Shown here one piece after another: positions 17,318 through 26,467 of a DNA stretch of 64,000 nucleotides (positions are counted from its first letter, which is position 1; each line of letters begins with the position of its first letter). Source of the stretch: Nannocystis sp. (GTDB lineage Bacteria > Myxococcota_A > Polyangia > Nannocystales > Nannocystaceae). The notes beneath the pieces are model-generated. The model had not been told where the DNA came from. It saw only the letters and a program-made list of their open reading frames with translations, and ran no database searches. The translations under genes and the position numbers were made by a program. The stretch is from contig NZ_JADJNN010000012.1 in assembly GCF_016714285.1 (NCBI RefSeq), forward strand, positions 154,040-218,039, written 5' to 3'.

Positions 17318-18655
17318 TCAGGCCAGCGCCGCGTGGACGGCCGCGATCGTCACATCGGCGAGGACGTCGAGCTCCGCGTCGTCGATCACCAGCGGCGGAA
17401 GCCAGTAGATCGTGTCGTGCAGCGGTCGCAGCAGGACCCCGCGCTCGAGCGCAGCCGCCCGCAGGCGCAGCCCGAGGCGGCCGTCGGCCGGCGTGCGCGA
17501 GGGGTCGACCTGGAACGCGCTGATCATCCCGATCTGGCGTTGCTGCACGATCGCCGGGCAGGCCGCGGTGACCGCCTCGCGGCGCGTCGCCATCGCGGCC
17601 ACTCGCTCGGGCAGGCGCGCGAGCAGGTCGCCGTCTCGAAACAGGCGCAGGCCAGCAAGCGCCGCGGCGCACGTGATCGGGTTGGCCGTGAAGGTGTGGC
17701 TGTGCAGGAAGCTGCGGCTCGGTGCCCCGGTGAACGCGTCCTCGAAGCCGGCCCGGATCAACACCGCCGCCAGCGGCAGCACCCCGGCGAGGCCCTTGCT
17801 CAGGCACAGGAAGTCGGGCGTCACGCCGGCCCAGCTCGACGCGAACAGGCGTCCGGTGCGGCCGAAGCCGACCGCGATCTCGTCGGCGATGACGTCGATC
17901 CCCAGCCCATGTGCGGCCCCCGCGAGTCGGCGGTAGAAGCCAGTACCGGTCATCGTCATGCGCCCGGCGCACTGCACCAGCGGCTCGATCACCACCGCGC
18001 TGAGCTCCGCGGCGTGCTGCTCCAGCAGCGCGACCGCGGCGTCCGCTTCGGGTGTGTCCGCCCCTAGATCGCCATCGCTGTCCTCCGGGCGGTGCGCCGG
18101 GAAGGCCGGCGCCGGCAGCTCCAGCGCGTCGAAGAGCAGCGGCGCGAAGCTGTCACGATAGGGCCCGCTGCCGCACAGCGCCAACGCCCCGAGGGTCTCG
18201 CCGTGGTAGCTGTTGCGCAGCGTGGCGAAGCGTCGGCGCCGTGGTTCGCCGATCTGCTGGTGTCGCTGATAACTGAGCTTGAGCGCCACCTCCACCGCCG
18301 CCGAGCCGCAGTCGGCGAAAAACACCTTGCCGAGCCCCGGCGGCGCGAGCTCCAGCAGAGACTCGGCGAGTTCGACCGCCGGCGCATGCGTGAAGCCGGC
18401 GAACATCACGTGGTCGAGGTGCTCCGACTGGGCGCGGATCGCCGCGACGATCGCCGGGTGGCCGTGCCCGTGGACGCAGGTCCACCACGACGCGATCGCG
18501 TCGAGCAGCCGCCCGCCCGACTCGTCGTACAGCCAGCAGCCGAGGGCGCGTTCGATGGCGATGGGGGGCAAGCGATCGAGGTCGGCGAAGTGGGTCGCGG
18601 GGTGCCACAGGTGCGCGCGGTCGCGGTCGCGGAGGGACACAAGCCGGTTCGCCAT
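17318..18655 (-). CDS. bioA: adenosylmethionine-8-amino-7-oxononanoate aminotransferase
   Basis: It is a class-III aminotransferase: HLWHP near the N-terminus, ...DEIAVGFGRTGRLFA..., and the PLP Lys region LCLSKGL. The start is taken at MANRLVSL (18655); the longer ORF start is less likely. Confidence 0.8.
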   Translation of the reverse strand: MANRLVSLRDRDRAHLWHPATHFADLDRLPPIAIERALGCWLYDESGGRLLDAIASWWTCVHGHGHPAIVAAIRAQSEHLDHVMFAGFTHAPAVELAESLLELAPPGLGKVFFADCGSAAVEVALKLSYQRHQQIGEPRRRRFATLRNSYHGETLGALALCGSGPYRDSFAPLLFDALELPAPAFPAHRPEDSDGDLGADTPEADAAVALLEQHAAELSAVVIEPLVQCAGRMTMTGTGFYRRLAGAAHGLGIDVIADEIAVGFGRTGRLFASSWAGVTPDFLCLSKGLAGVLPLAAVLIRAGFEDAFTGAPSRSFLHSHTFTANPITCAAALAGLRLFRDGDLLARLPERVAAMATRREAVTAACPAIVQQRQIGMISAFQVDPSRTPADGRLGLRLRAAALERGVLLRPLHDTIYWLPPLVIDDAELDVLADVTIAAVHAALA

Positions 18656-18807
18656 CGCCACGGCAGCCTGGTCCGCCCGGTCCTTCGCCGTCAACCCCGC
18701 GACCTCTGCGTTGCCCGATGGCCCCGGACGGCGCACGCTGTGGTATCACCCTCGACAGACACGCCGGTTGAAATGCCGGTTGTGCGCAGCGTCACGGACG
18801 GTTCGCC

Positions 18808-19521
18808 ATGCCACGCAGTTCCAGGTCCCTGATCCCCTCGCTCCTCGCCTTCCTCGCAACCGCCTCCCTCGGCGCTGGCTGTGTGCTCTACGGCGGCCCC
18901 GAGGACTACAAGACCTGCGCCGAGGTCGTGTGCGGCAACCATGCCACCTGTGGCGAGAACGCGGACTGTTACTGCGACGCTGGCTACGACGGCAACCCCT
19001 ACGACGGCTGCGTCGATGTCACGCCGGCGGTCGACGCCACCTGCAAGGTCGACTGCGGGCAGAACGCGTACTGCTCGGAGGGCGCCTGCTACTGCGAGCT
19101 CGACCACATCGCCGTGTGCGGTGCGAACGCTGGATGCATGCCCGAGGCCCGCGTCTGCGACGGTCAGCCTGACTGTCCCAACAGCGCCGACGAGGCCGTC
19201 GCTGTGTGCAGCAAGCCGGTGTTCCAGGAGTGGCTGATCACCGACGATTGTGACGACGGCCTCGACATCGAGTGGCGGCTGTACGCCCAGGATCGCGACT
19301 GGGCCTGGCCCGACGCGACCTCCACTTTTGTCACCACTGGCATCGGCGCCGAGGACTTCCAGACCATTCAGTGCTTCGACGGCGAGACGATCTGCATGGC
19401 GGGCGCCGCAGGGGACACCGTCTGGGGCTTGAACCTCGACGGCACCGGCAGCTGTGACACGTGTTGCTTTCTCTGCGGCAGCCCAACGTACATCGACCTC
19501 GGCTTCCAGACCTGCCAGTAA
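18808..19521 (+). CDS. Cys-rich secreted lipoprotein with EGF-like and LDL-receptor class A-like modules
   Basis: The lipobox is LGAGCVL. The repeats CGNHATCGENADCYCDAGYDGNPYDGC and CGQNAYCSEGACYC are EGF-like. CDGQPDCPNSADEAVAVC has the LDLa signature (C..DG..DC.D.SDE..C). The protein has 30+ Cys. Confidence 0.55.
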   Translation: MPRSSRSLIPSLLAFLATASLGAGCVLYGGPEDYKTCAEVVCGNHATCGENADCYCDAGYDGNPYDGCVDVTPAVDATCKVDCGQNAYCSEGACYCELDHIAVCGANAGCMPEARVCDGQPDCPNSADEAVAVCSKPVFQEWLITDDCDDGLDIEWRLYAQDRDWAWPDATSTFVTTGIGAEDFQTIQCFDGETICMAGAAGDTVWGLNLDGTGSCDTCCFLCGSPTYIDLGFQTCQ

Positions 19522-19668
19522 TTGGCCCCCGATAATTGGCTCAGCGAACAGATCGCTGGGGGCTCGCGGGGCCTTGCAATCGCGGCCATTTGCCGCTACG
19601 TCTCTCCTCCCCGTGCTTGTACTCTCGTGTTTCGCGCGACGCATTGCGCCGCGATCCATGGTGGCCCC

Positions 19669-20181
19669 ATGACAGAGATCGCCCAGCTCTTCGAGTCTGC
19701 GCTCCGGCAGAACCGTGCCAACCTGCTGCGCAAAGCCGCGATCAACACCGTGGCCAAGATGCCGGCACAGACCACCTTGCACGAGCTCCTCAGCAGCGAA
19801 GCAGGCACCTCGATCCGCGAGCTCACCCTCCACGAGCTGCGTGAGGCGCTGACCGGCTTCGTCCCCGCAGCGGGCGCTCGTCGGAGCCCGGGTGCAGCCA
19901 GTCACAGCGGCCCAGGCGGCCACACCAGTCACTCCGGCGTGACGGTGAACGCCGCCACGCCGGCCGCCAATAACGCCTCCCCGGAGAGCCGCGAGGCCCG
20001 GCTCTACCGCCAGATCATCGACGCCGTCGGCCACGAGCCGAAGACCATCGGCCAGCTCGCCAAGGTCGTCGATGTCGACGTGGTCGAGCTCCGCGGCTAT
20101 CTCGCGTGGATGAAGAAGATGGGCAAGATCGACAGCACTGGCCGAGCCCGGGCCACGCGCTATCACCTGCCAGCTGGTTGA
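19669..20181 (+). CDS. hypothetical protein with C-terminal winged-helix-like segment
   Basis: The start is taken at MTEIAQLFESAL. The C-terminus IGQLAKVVDVDVVELRGYLAWMKKMGKIDSTGRARATRY looks like a wHTH. Weak. Confidence 0.35.
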   Translation: MTEIAQLFESALRQNRANLLRKAAINTVAKMPAQTTLHELLSSEAGTSIRELTLHELREALTGFVPAAGARRSPGAASHSGPGGHTSHSGVTVNAATPAANNASPESREARLYRQIIDAVGHEPKTIGQLAKVVDVDVVELRGYLAWMKKMGKIDSTGRARATRYHLPAG

Positions 20182-20182
20182 C

Positions 20183-20252
20183 CACGCCAGGCTGACCACG
20201 CCAGGCGCCAGGCTGACCACGCCAGGCTGATCACGCCAGGCTGATCACGGCA
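20183..20252. repeat. about 5 copies of a 14-bp tandem repeat (gaccacgccaggct / gatcacgccaggct)
   Basis: The array ttgaccacgccaggctgaccacgccaggcgccaggctgaccacgccaggctgatcacgccaggctgatcacgg lies in the intergenic region upstream of the sigma54-regulator locus. Confidence 0.8.
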
Positions 20253-20311
20253 CATGGCACGCCTGAGGGTGCTTGCTCCGGCGCGCGAGCTGGGGGATCC
20301 TTGCGCCGGCC

Positions 20312-20740
20312 ATGGACGACAGCAGCGACGACCTCGAGTTTGGCCGGCAGATCGCCGCGCTCAAGCACGACCTCGGCAAGTATGTGGCGTGGATGTCGGC
20401 CAACCTCGATGAGGACTGCTGGCATGGCCCCGTGCGCGACGAGCTGATCGACGCCCTCGAGCGCGACCTGCTGCGCACGCGGACCCCCGCGGACGGCCCG
20501 CCCGAGCCCGCCTGGGCGGTGTGGCAGCGGCTGGCTGGCGCGCTCCCCAAGCCCTGGCGCCACCCCGAGCTGCACGACGTCGACGCCGCCGTCGCCGAGC
20601 TGCAGGCGGCCGAGCCGGCGCTGCGGGCCCGCGATCGCGTCGCGCTCGCCAGCCAGCGCTCGACCATCCGCGCCGCGCAGCGGACGATCCGCAGCGCCTT
20701 GCAGCAGCTCCATCGTCGTCTCCTCCAGGCCGAGACCTAA
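20312..20740 (+). CDS. hypothetical protein
   Basis: The ORF is 20273 (TTG) or 20312 (ATG, MDDSSDDLEF)..20740. The sequence is charged and helical with no known motif. It ends 9 nt before the sigma54 EBP gene. Confidence 0.3.
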   Translation: MDDSSDDLEFGRQIAALKHDLGKYVAWMSANLDEDCWHGPVRDELIDALERDLLRTRTPADGPPEPAWAVWQRLAGALPKPWRHPELHDVDAAVAELQAAEPALRARDRVALASQRSTIRAAQRTIRSALQQLHRRLLQAET

Positions 20741-20749
20741 GAGCCTCGC

Positions 20750-22420
20750 ATGTCCTCGATCCTCATCATCGACGACGAGGACAGCTACCTCGAGCTGTGC
20801 CGGCGCCACATGCCCGAGCACAGCTTCTTGCCGCCGGCCCGCAACTATCGCGAGGCCGCCGACACGCTGCGGCGTCACGCCGGCAAGGTCGACCTCGTCC
20901 TGCTCGACGTCCACTTCGACATCCCCGAGGCCGATCTGTTGCCGCAGGACAAGGCCGCGCTGCTGGCCCGCGGCGACGCCAGCCGCCAGATCGAGCGCCT
21001 GCGCCGTAGCCAGGGCTTGCACATCCTCGCCGCGATCCGCGAGCGTTACCCCGATCTGCCGGTGATCGTGATGACCTCGCGGGACGACCTCCCGCTCGAG
21101 ACCGACGCCGAGCGTCTGCAGGCCGAGGACTACACCTACCTGCTCGCGGACGACTACCTCGACGCGCGTTCGCTCAAGCTGCAGGTCGACGCCATCCTCG
21201 CCCGCCGCGAGCGTCCGGCCGCCAACGACGACGACCCCTTCTACTGGGGCGCGACCGGGGCGATGTCCAGCCTCCAGCGCCGGCTCTCGATCCTCGCGCG
21301 CGGCCGCCTGCCGATCATCATCCAGGGCGCCACCGGCACGGGCAAGAGCCTGGTCGCCCGCGAGTTCATCCACCCGCGCTCGCAGCGACCTGGCCCCTTC
21401 GTCGCCGTCGACCTCTCGACGCTGCCGACCGATCTGATGGCCGCGCACCTGTTCGGCGTGATCAAGGGCGCCTACACCGGCGCGACCAACACGCGCGAGG
21501 GCGTGCTGACGCGGGCCCACGGCGGCACCCTCTTCCTCGACGAGATCGGCAACCTCTCGCTCGAGCTGCAGAAGTCGCTGCTGCTGGTGCTGCAGGAGGG
21601 CGTGTACCGCCCGGTCGGCGCCGTCAAGGAGATCGTCACCGACATCAAGATCGTCGTCGCCACCAACGAGAACCTCGGCGCCCTGGTCCGCGCGGGCCGC
21701 TTCCGCGAGGACCTGTACATGCGCCTGAACCCGGCCACCGCGGTCACCCTGCCGAGCCTACGCGAGCGTCGCGACGACTTCGAGGATCTGCTCGCCTGGT
21801 TCATGCGTCAGGTCGTCGGCGAGGCCTACAACCGCGACCTGCTCGGGCAGTACGCCGAGCAGCGCGGCCTCGCGGCCAACCTCCCGATCAGCGCCGGCCG
21901 CGGCGTCCCACCCCGCGCCGACGTGCGGCGGATCCATTTCCTGCTCCACCCGAGCAGCTTCAAGCTGCTGCACGACTTCGAGTGGCCGGGCAACTTCCGT
22001 CAGTTCGCCATGACCCTGTCCAACCTCGTCACCTTCACGCTGGTCGAGCTGGTCGAGCGCGCCGAGAAGATCGAACCCCAGCGCCCCGGCGAGGGGCGCC
22101 CCGACGTCATCCCGATCCCGCCGAAGATCGTCAGCGACCTGCTGCGACCGATGACCCCGCCCGAGGTCGTCGACCTGCCGATGGCCGCCGCGGGCCCGCG
22201 GCGCTTCGTCGTCGATCTCGAGGCCGGGGACTCGCTCAACGCGGTCTCCTGCGCCGTCGAGCGGCAGTACCTCGAGCAGCTCTACGAGCGCTGCGGCGCC
22301 GATCTCGGGCAGATGGCCGCGCTCCTGCTCGGCGACGAGACGGCCGGGCGCAAGATCCAGCTGCGCATGAACCAGCTCGGCATGAAGCTGCGCCTCCTCA
22401 AGCGCAAGACGGGGGAGTGA
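20750..22420 (+). CDS. sigma-54-dependent response regulator (NtrC family enhancer-binding protein)
   Basis: The receiver reads ILIIDDE...LVLLDVHFD. The AAA+ sigma54-interaction domain has Walker A GATGTGKS, the GAYTGA variant of GAFTGA, and the ESELFGH-type region. A C-terminal Fis-type HTH is present. Confidence 0.85.
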   Translation: MSSILIIDDEDSYLELCRRHMPEHSFLPPARNYREAADTLRRHAGKVDLVLLDVHFDIPEADLLPQDKAALLARGDASRQIERLRRSQGLHILAAIRERYPDLPVIVMTSRDDLPLETDAERLQAEDYTYLLADDYLDARSLKLQVDAILARRERPAANDDDPFYWGATGAMSSLQRRLSILARGRLPIIIQGATGTGKSLVAREFIHPRSQRPGPFVAVDLSTLPTDLMAAHLFGVIKGAYTGATNTREGVLTRAHGGTLFLDEIGNLSLELQKSLLLVLQEGVYRPVGAVKEIVTDIKIVVATNENLGALVRAGRFREDLYMRLNPATAVTLPSLRERRDDFEDLLAWFMRQVVGEAYNRDLLGQYAEQRGLAANLPISAGRGVPPRADVRRIHFLLHPSSFKLLHDFEWPGNFRQFAMTLSNLVTFTLVELVERAEKIEPQRPGEGRPDVIPIPPKIVSDLLRPMTPPEVVDLPMAAAGPRRFVVDLEAGDSLNAVSCAVERQYLEQLYERCGADLGQMAALLLGDETAGRKIQLRMNQLGMKLRLLKRKTGE

Positions 22421-22426
22421 CGGAAC

Positions 22427-24976
22427 ATGCGGACGCGGGCGGGCGTCATCGGGGCGATGTCCCTGCGCATCGCCGCTACTGGCCTCGTGCTCGGCCTCGT
22501 GCTCGGCCTCGCCGGTCACGTCGTCGCCGCGCCCGCTGGCAAGAAGTCCGCTGAAGCGCGCCCGCCTGCAGTCACCGTGAAGCCCGCGCTCGAGGCCGAG
22601 GGTCCGGCCGATGGCTTGCCGCCGCCGCCGGTGCTGGAGGCCGACACCGGCGAGACCGGCGGACCCGGCGACGAGTTCGGCGAGACCCCGCCGATGACCC
22701 CGCAGCAGCGGCTGCAGGAGTTCGACCTGCACATCAGCCGCGCCCAGCGGGCCGAGCGTGAGAACCGCCTCGACGACGCGATCCGCGAGTACAGCGCGGC
22801 GCTCAAGCTCCAGCCCGGCGATCCGGCGGCGCTCAAAGGTCGCGCCTATCTCCGGCACAAGCGCACGAAGGAGGGCCAGTGCCCCAAGCGCGCGATCGAA
22901 GATCTGCGGCTGCTGCGGACCTACGACCCGCGCGGCCTGTGGCTCGAGCAGCGCGGCACCCTCGTCACCTGGCTGGGTCAGTGCGACACCCGCACGGACG
23001 CGGAGCGCCTGAGCCTCGCGCTCGAGGTCGCCGACGACGACCCCAAGTCGGCCAATCGCCCCGGCGACATCCGCTTCACCATCGCCGTCCTGCAGGCGCG
23101 CCAGGCCGAGGCCGCCGAGCGGGAGCGCGAGCGGCTCGCGCTCCAGCGGGCCGCGCTGCAGGAGCTCGAGCGCTACCGCAAGGACTGCGAGCAGATCGGG
23201 CGCAAGCCGGCCGCCGACGCGCTGGCCCTGCAGGCGGCCCTCTACCGCAGCACCGACAACCCCGAGGCCGCGATCCAGATCTACGAGGAGCTGCTGCGCC
23301 GCTACCCGGGCACCACCGCCGCCAAGCAGGCCAAGAAGAGCGTCGACGACCTCAAGCTCGAGGTGCAGCTCGACCGGCTGGAGAAGGAGCAGGGCGGCAA
23401 GCCGAGTCAGGCCGCGGAGGCCGCGTACACCAGCGCCGTCGCGGCGCTGCGAACCGGTGACCTCGCCACCGCCGAGCGCGAGCTCGACAAGGCGATCGCC
23501 GACTCGCCGTGGTTCCCCAAGGCGCACTACGTCCTCGGGATCGTCCACGCGCGCAGCGGTCGGGTCCCGAAGGCCGCCGAGGAGCTGAAGATCAGCATCC
23601 GCATGGACCGCTTCGACTACGAGGCGCACATGGCCCTCGGCCTGCTCTACAAGAAGGAGTTCGCCGGCGGCGAGGACGAGCAGGCGATCAAGCACCTCGA
23701 GACGGCGCTGCTGCTGCGCCCCGATCTCTACCACCTGCACTTCCAGCTCGGGCAGCTCTACGCCCGCATCGACCGCGAGCGGGCGCGTCGCTCCTTCACC
23801 CGCTTCCTCGACGCCCCGATCCCCGAGGACGACCCCGACCGCGAGCTCGCCCGGCGCGCCCGCGACGAGCTCAACCGCGAGCCCGCCGCCGAGAACCCCT
23901 CGATCCTCCCCGAGCCCCCGCGCGACCTCCAGCGCCTCGATCCCGAGCTGCAGCGCATGATCAACGAGGCCTACCTGCGCGTCAGCGAGGAGCAGGACTT
24001 CCAGCAAGCCGAGCGGGTGCTCGAGCGCGCCCGCAAGAAGTTCCCCGGCGAGGAGGTCGTGCTCAACGAGCTCGCCAAGGTCGCCTACGCGACCGGCCGC
24101 TTCGGCAACGCCCGCGAGTTCTGGGAGACCTCGCTGGCGATGAAGGAGGACCAGATGGAGGTGCACGAGCGCCTCGGCCTCTTGCTCGAGAGCGACCTGC
24201 CCGACGAGGCCACCACCCACCTGCGCCGGGCCGCCGAGCTCGGCGCCTCGACGGCCCGCTTCCGCCTGGCCCAGCTGCTGTGGTCCGACCTGCGCGTGCT
24301 CGACGCCTCCGACGAGCTCGACCGCTACCTCGCCGCCGCCGGCCCCTACGACCTCTACTGGGACGCGGGTCGGCGCCTGCGGGAGCGCATGGACCAGGTG
24401 TTCCTGCGCCTCTATCTCGCGATCGGCGCCCTGCTCCTGCTCCTGATCTCGATCCCCGCGTGGCAGGTGTACCGGCGCCTGCGCGGCGCCTCGCTGGCCC
24501 AGCTGCTGCAGCGCGCGCCCAAGAGCTTCCCCGAGGTCGCCCGGATCTTGAGCCTCATCCGCCACGAGATCCTCAAGCACAACACCGCCTTCCTCACCGA
24601 CGTCGGCCGCGCGCTCGAGATGGACGAGCCCGACGCCGAGGTGCGGGCCGGCATCGTCGCCCGCCGCCTGTTCGGCGAGCACCGCGGCGGGGCCCCGGCG
24701 GGTCAGCCCGCCGGCATGCGCGAGCGCGGCATCTACGGCCGCTTCCTCGGCTACGTCGCCGAGCTGCAGAAGGTCGGGCGCAGCCACGGCGTCACCCTGA
24801 ACCTCGGCCGCAAGGACCCGATCTTCAGCGCCATGATCACCGCCTTCGAGGATCTGCGCGGGCTCGAGGCGATGCAGCGCACCCCACCCGCGACCGCCCG
24901 ACCGTTAAGCTCGACTGGTCGCGCCGGCTGGTCCGCTCGGGCCACGTGCTCGGGCGCAAGGCCTTCGAGTCGCTGA
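22427..24976 (+). CDS. TPR-repeat membrane protein with cytoplasmic H-box (sensor-kinase DHp-like) segment
   Basis: There is a signal/TM, then ~600 aa of TPR-like repeats, then a TM helix (AIGALLLLLISIPAW). The cytoplasmic part has SLIRHEILKHNTAFLTDV, matching the HisKA H-box (HELRTPLTAI). The last ~30 aa overlap the next gene in another frame. Confidence 0.55.
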   Translation: MRTRAGVIGAMSLRIAATGLVLGLVLGLAGHVVAAPAGKKSAEARPPAVTVKPALEAEGPADGLPPPPVLEADTGETGGPGDEFGETPPMTPQQRLQEFDLHISRAQRAERENRLDDAIREYSAALKLQPGDPAALKGRAYLRHKRTKEGQCPKRAIEDLRLLRTYDPRGLWLEQRGTLVTWLGQCDTRTDAERLSLALEVADDDPKSANRPGDIRFTIAVLQARQAEAAERERERLALQRAALQELERYRKDCEQIGRKPAADALALQAALYRSTDNPEAAIQIYEELLRRYPGTTAAKQAKKSVDDLKLEVQLDRLEKEQGGKPSQAAEAAYTSAVAALRTGDLATAERELDKAIADSPWFPKAHYVLGIVHARSGRVPKAAEELKISIRMDRFDYEAHMALGLLYKKEFAGGEDEQAIKHLETALLLRPDLYHLHFQLGQLYARIDRERARRSFTRFLDAPIPEDDPDRELARRARDELNREPAAENPSILPEPPRDLQRLDPELQRMINEAYLRVSEEQDFQQAERVLERARKKFPGEEVVLNELAKVAYATGRFGNAREFWETSLAMKEDQMEVHERLGLLLESDLPDEATTHLRRAAELGASTARFRLAQLLWSDLRVLDASDELDRYLAAAGPYDLYWDAGRRLRERMDQVFLRLYLAIGALLLLLISIPAWQVYRRLRGASLAQLLQRAPKSFPEVARILSLIRHEILKHNTAFLTDVGRALEMDEPDAEVRAGIVARRLFGEHRGGAPAGQPAGMRERGIYGRFLGYVAELQKVGRSHGVTLNLGRKDPIFSAMITAFEDLRGLEAMQRTPPATARPLSSTGRAGWSARATCSGARPSSR

Positions 24977-25455
24977 GCAGCGTGATCCACTCGCTGTGCA
25001 TCGTCGAGGTCGCGCCCGGCCTGGTCCGCGAGGTCTTCGCCCAGGTCGTCGCCGAGGCCCAGTTCGGCGGCGTGCAGGTGCGCGAGCTCGAGGTGGCGGG
25101 GGAGGGCGCCCGCGTGCGAGTGTTCCGCTCCGACCTCGAGGACATCCTGACCAACGTCATGCGCAACTCGCTGCAGTCGAGCGTCCTCTACGCGCCCAAG
25201 CCGATCGCCCTCGGGGTCGCCCTGGTCACCGAGATGGACGAGATCACCGGCCTCAGCAGCCTGGCGATCCGCATCCAGGATCGCTCGAGCGAGCAGCTCA
25301 GCAACGAGATGTTGCGCGGCCGCTACGTCGAGCGCGGCATGGGCATCACCGCCGACCTGCTGTCCCGCTACGACGGCTCGATCGCCGTCGAGCCCGAGCC
25401 CGGCTGGCAGAAGGCCGTCGTGCTCCGCTTCTTCACCGTCGAGGAGGTCCCATGA
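24946..25455 (+). CDS. stand-alone GHKL (HATPase_c) ATPase domain protein, or frameshifted C-terminus of the preceding sensor
   Basis: This is the frame +1 relative to the TPR gene. It has the N-box LTNVMRNSLQSS and the G2-box ERGMGITADLLSRYDGSIAV. The only nearby in-frame start is a GTG at 24946. The preceding ~1400 nt of this ORF are Arg/Pro junk. Confidence 0.45.
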   Translation: MLGRKAFESLSSVIHSLCIVEVAPGLVREVFAQVVAEAQFGGVQVRELEVAGEGARVRVFRSDLEDILTNVMRNSLQSSVLYAPKPIALGVALVTEMDEITGLSSLAIRIQDRSSEQLSNEMLRGRYVERGMGITADLLSRYDGSIAVEPEPGWQKAVVLRFFTVEEVP

Positions 25456-25958
25456 GTTCGTCCAACACTTCCGGGTCGCGAGAGATCGACCCACGCGAGA
25501 TCAAGGTCCTGATCGTCGAGGACGGCGACGAGTACCTGCAGAACCTCTCGACCTTCGTCGCCCGCGGGATCCGCTACACCCAGGCCAAGAGCGGCGGCTG
25601 GGCCTGCACCCTCCTGAGCACGCTGCAGCCCGATCTGGTCTACCTCGACATGCGCTTCGATCGCACGCCGAACGAGGCGCTGCTCGGCGACTTAGTCGGG
25701 CTCACGGCCCGCTTCAACGGCGACGTCGCCCGCGCCCGCGCCTTCCAGCAGGACAACCAGGGCCTGTTCGTGCTGCGAGCGCTGCGCGACGCCGGCTTCC
25801 ACGGCCCGGTGATCCTCTCCTACGACTTCAGCCGCGAGGAGCGGCGCTTCCGCGCCCTGTCCGACAAGGACCCCGCGCTCTCGTACTGCCCCGACTACGC
25901 CGACGCCAGCGAGATCCAGGCCGCGATCTTCCGCGCCGTCGGGCGTCGGCCGCCGTGA
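25452..25958 (+). CDS. atypical receiver (REC-like) domain protein
   Basis: MSSSNTSGSREIDPREIKVLIVEDGDEY...PDLVYLDMRF...VILSYDFS has a flavodoxin-like receiver topology with candidate acidic pocket residues. Its ATG overlaps the stop of the GHKL gene (ATGA). Confidence 0.45.
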   Translation: MSSSNTSGSREIDPREIKVLIVEDGDEYLQNLSTFVARGIRYTQAKSGGWACTLLSTLQPDLVYLDMRFDRTPNEALLGDLVGLTARFNGDVARARAFQQDNQGLFVLRALRDAGFHGPVILSYDFSREERRFRALSDKDPALSYCPDYADASEIQAAIFRAVGRRPP

Positions 25959-26001
25959 TCGCCGATCGTCGCTGGCGCTTCACCGGCGGGCGGGCGACAG
26001 T

Positions 26002-26394
26002 GTGCGCGCCATGACTGAAGACCTCGGCTCTCCCGCGATCCGCGTGCTGATGATGCCGCGCGACACCAACGCCCACGGCACGATCTTCGGCGGGCACATC
26101 CTCAGCCTCATCGACCAGGCCGGCGCCGTCGCGGCCCACGGCGTCGGCGCGCGCAAGGTCGTCACCGTGGCGATCCGCGAGGTCGTGTTCAAGGCCCCCG
26201 TGCACGTGGGCGACATCGTCAGCTGCTACGCGCGCGTGGTGAAGCGCGGCCGGACCTCGCTCACCGTCCAGGTCCGCGTGCTCGCCGAGGATCCCGTCGC
26301 GCGCGACTGCGTCGAGGTCACCAGCGCCGAACTCGTCTACGTGCACGTCGACGAGGACGGCCGCCCGAACGCGCTGCCGCCGGCCAACGCTTGA
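26002..26394 (+). CDS. acyl-CoA thioesterase (hotdog fold, YciA-like)
   Basis: MPRDTNAHGTIFGGHILSLIDQAG...VTVAIREVVFKAPVHVGDIV is the 4HBT/hotdog pattern. Confidence 0.7.
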   Translation: MRAMTEDLGSPAIRVLMMPRDTNAHGTIFGGHILSLIDQAGAVAAHGVGARKVVTVAIREVVFKAPVHVGDIVSCYARVVKRGRTSLTVQVRVLAEDPVARDCVEVTSAELVYVHVDEDGRPNALPPANA

Positions 26395-26396
26395 AC

Positions 26397-26436
26397 GGCC
26401 CTGGACGGCCCTGGGCGGCCCTGGACGGCCCTTGAC
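26397..26436. repeat. 10-bp tandem repeat ggccctgg(a/g)c x about 4
   Basis: The intergenic array ggccctggacggccctgggcggccctggacggccc lies directly after the thioesterase stop. Confidence 0.7.
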
Positions 26437-26467
26437 CGCCGCGAACCCTTTCCGTAGCGTGCTCGCC

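Noticed and set aside
20255-20285. TGGCACgcctgagggTGCTTGC resembling a sigma54 -24/-12 promoter, next to the sigma54 EBP locus.
   Set aside because: The GG to GC spacing is 13 or 17 nt rather than the required 10 nt (TGGCAC-N5-TTGC), so it does not fit the consensus.
24880-24976. Treating the TPR gene and the GHKL gene confidently as one frameshifted CDS (pseudogene call).
   Set aside because: The H-box to N-box distance (about 190 aa) is too long for a simple single-indel explanation, and a plausible GTG start exists for a separate GHKL protein. It is therefore left as two CDS with the ambiguity flagged.
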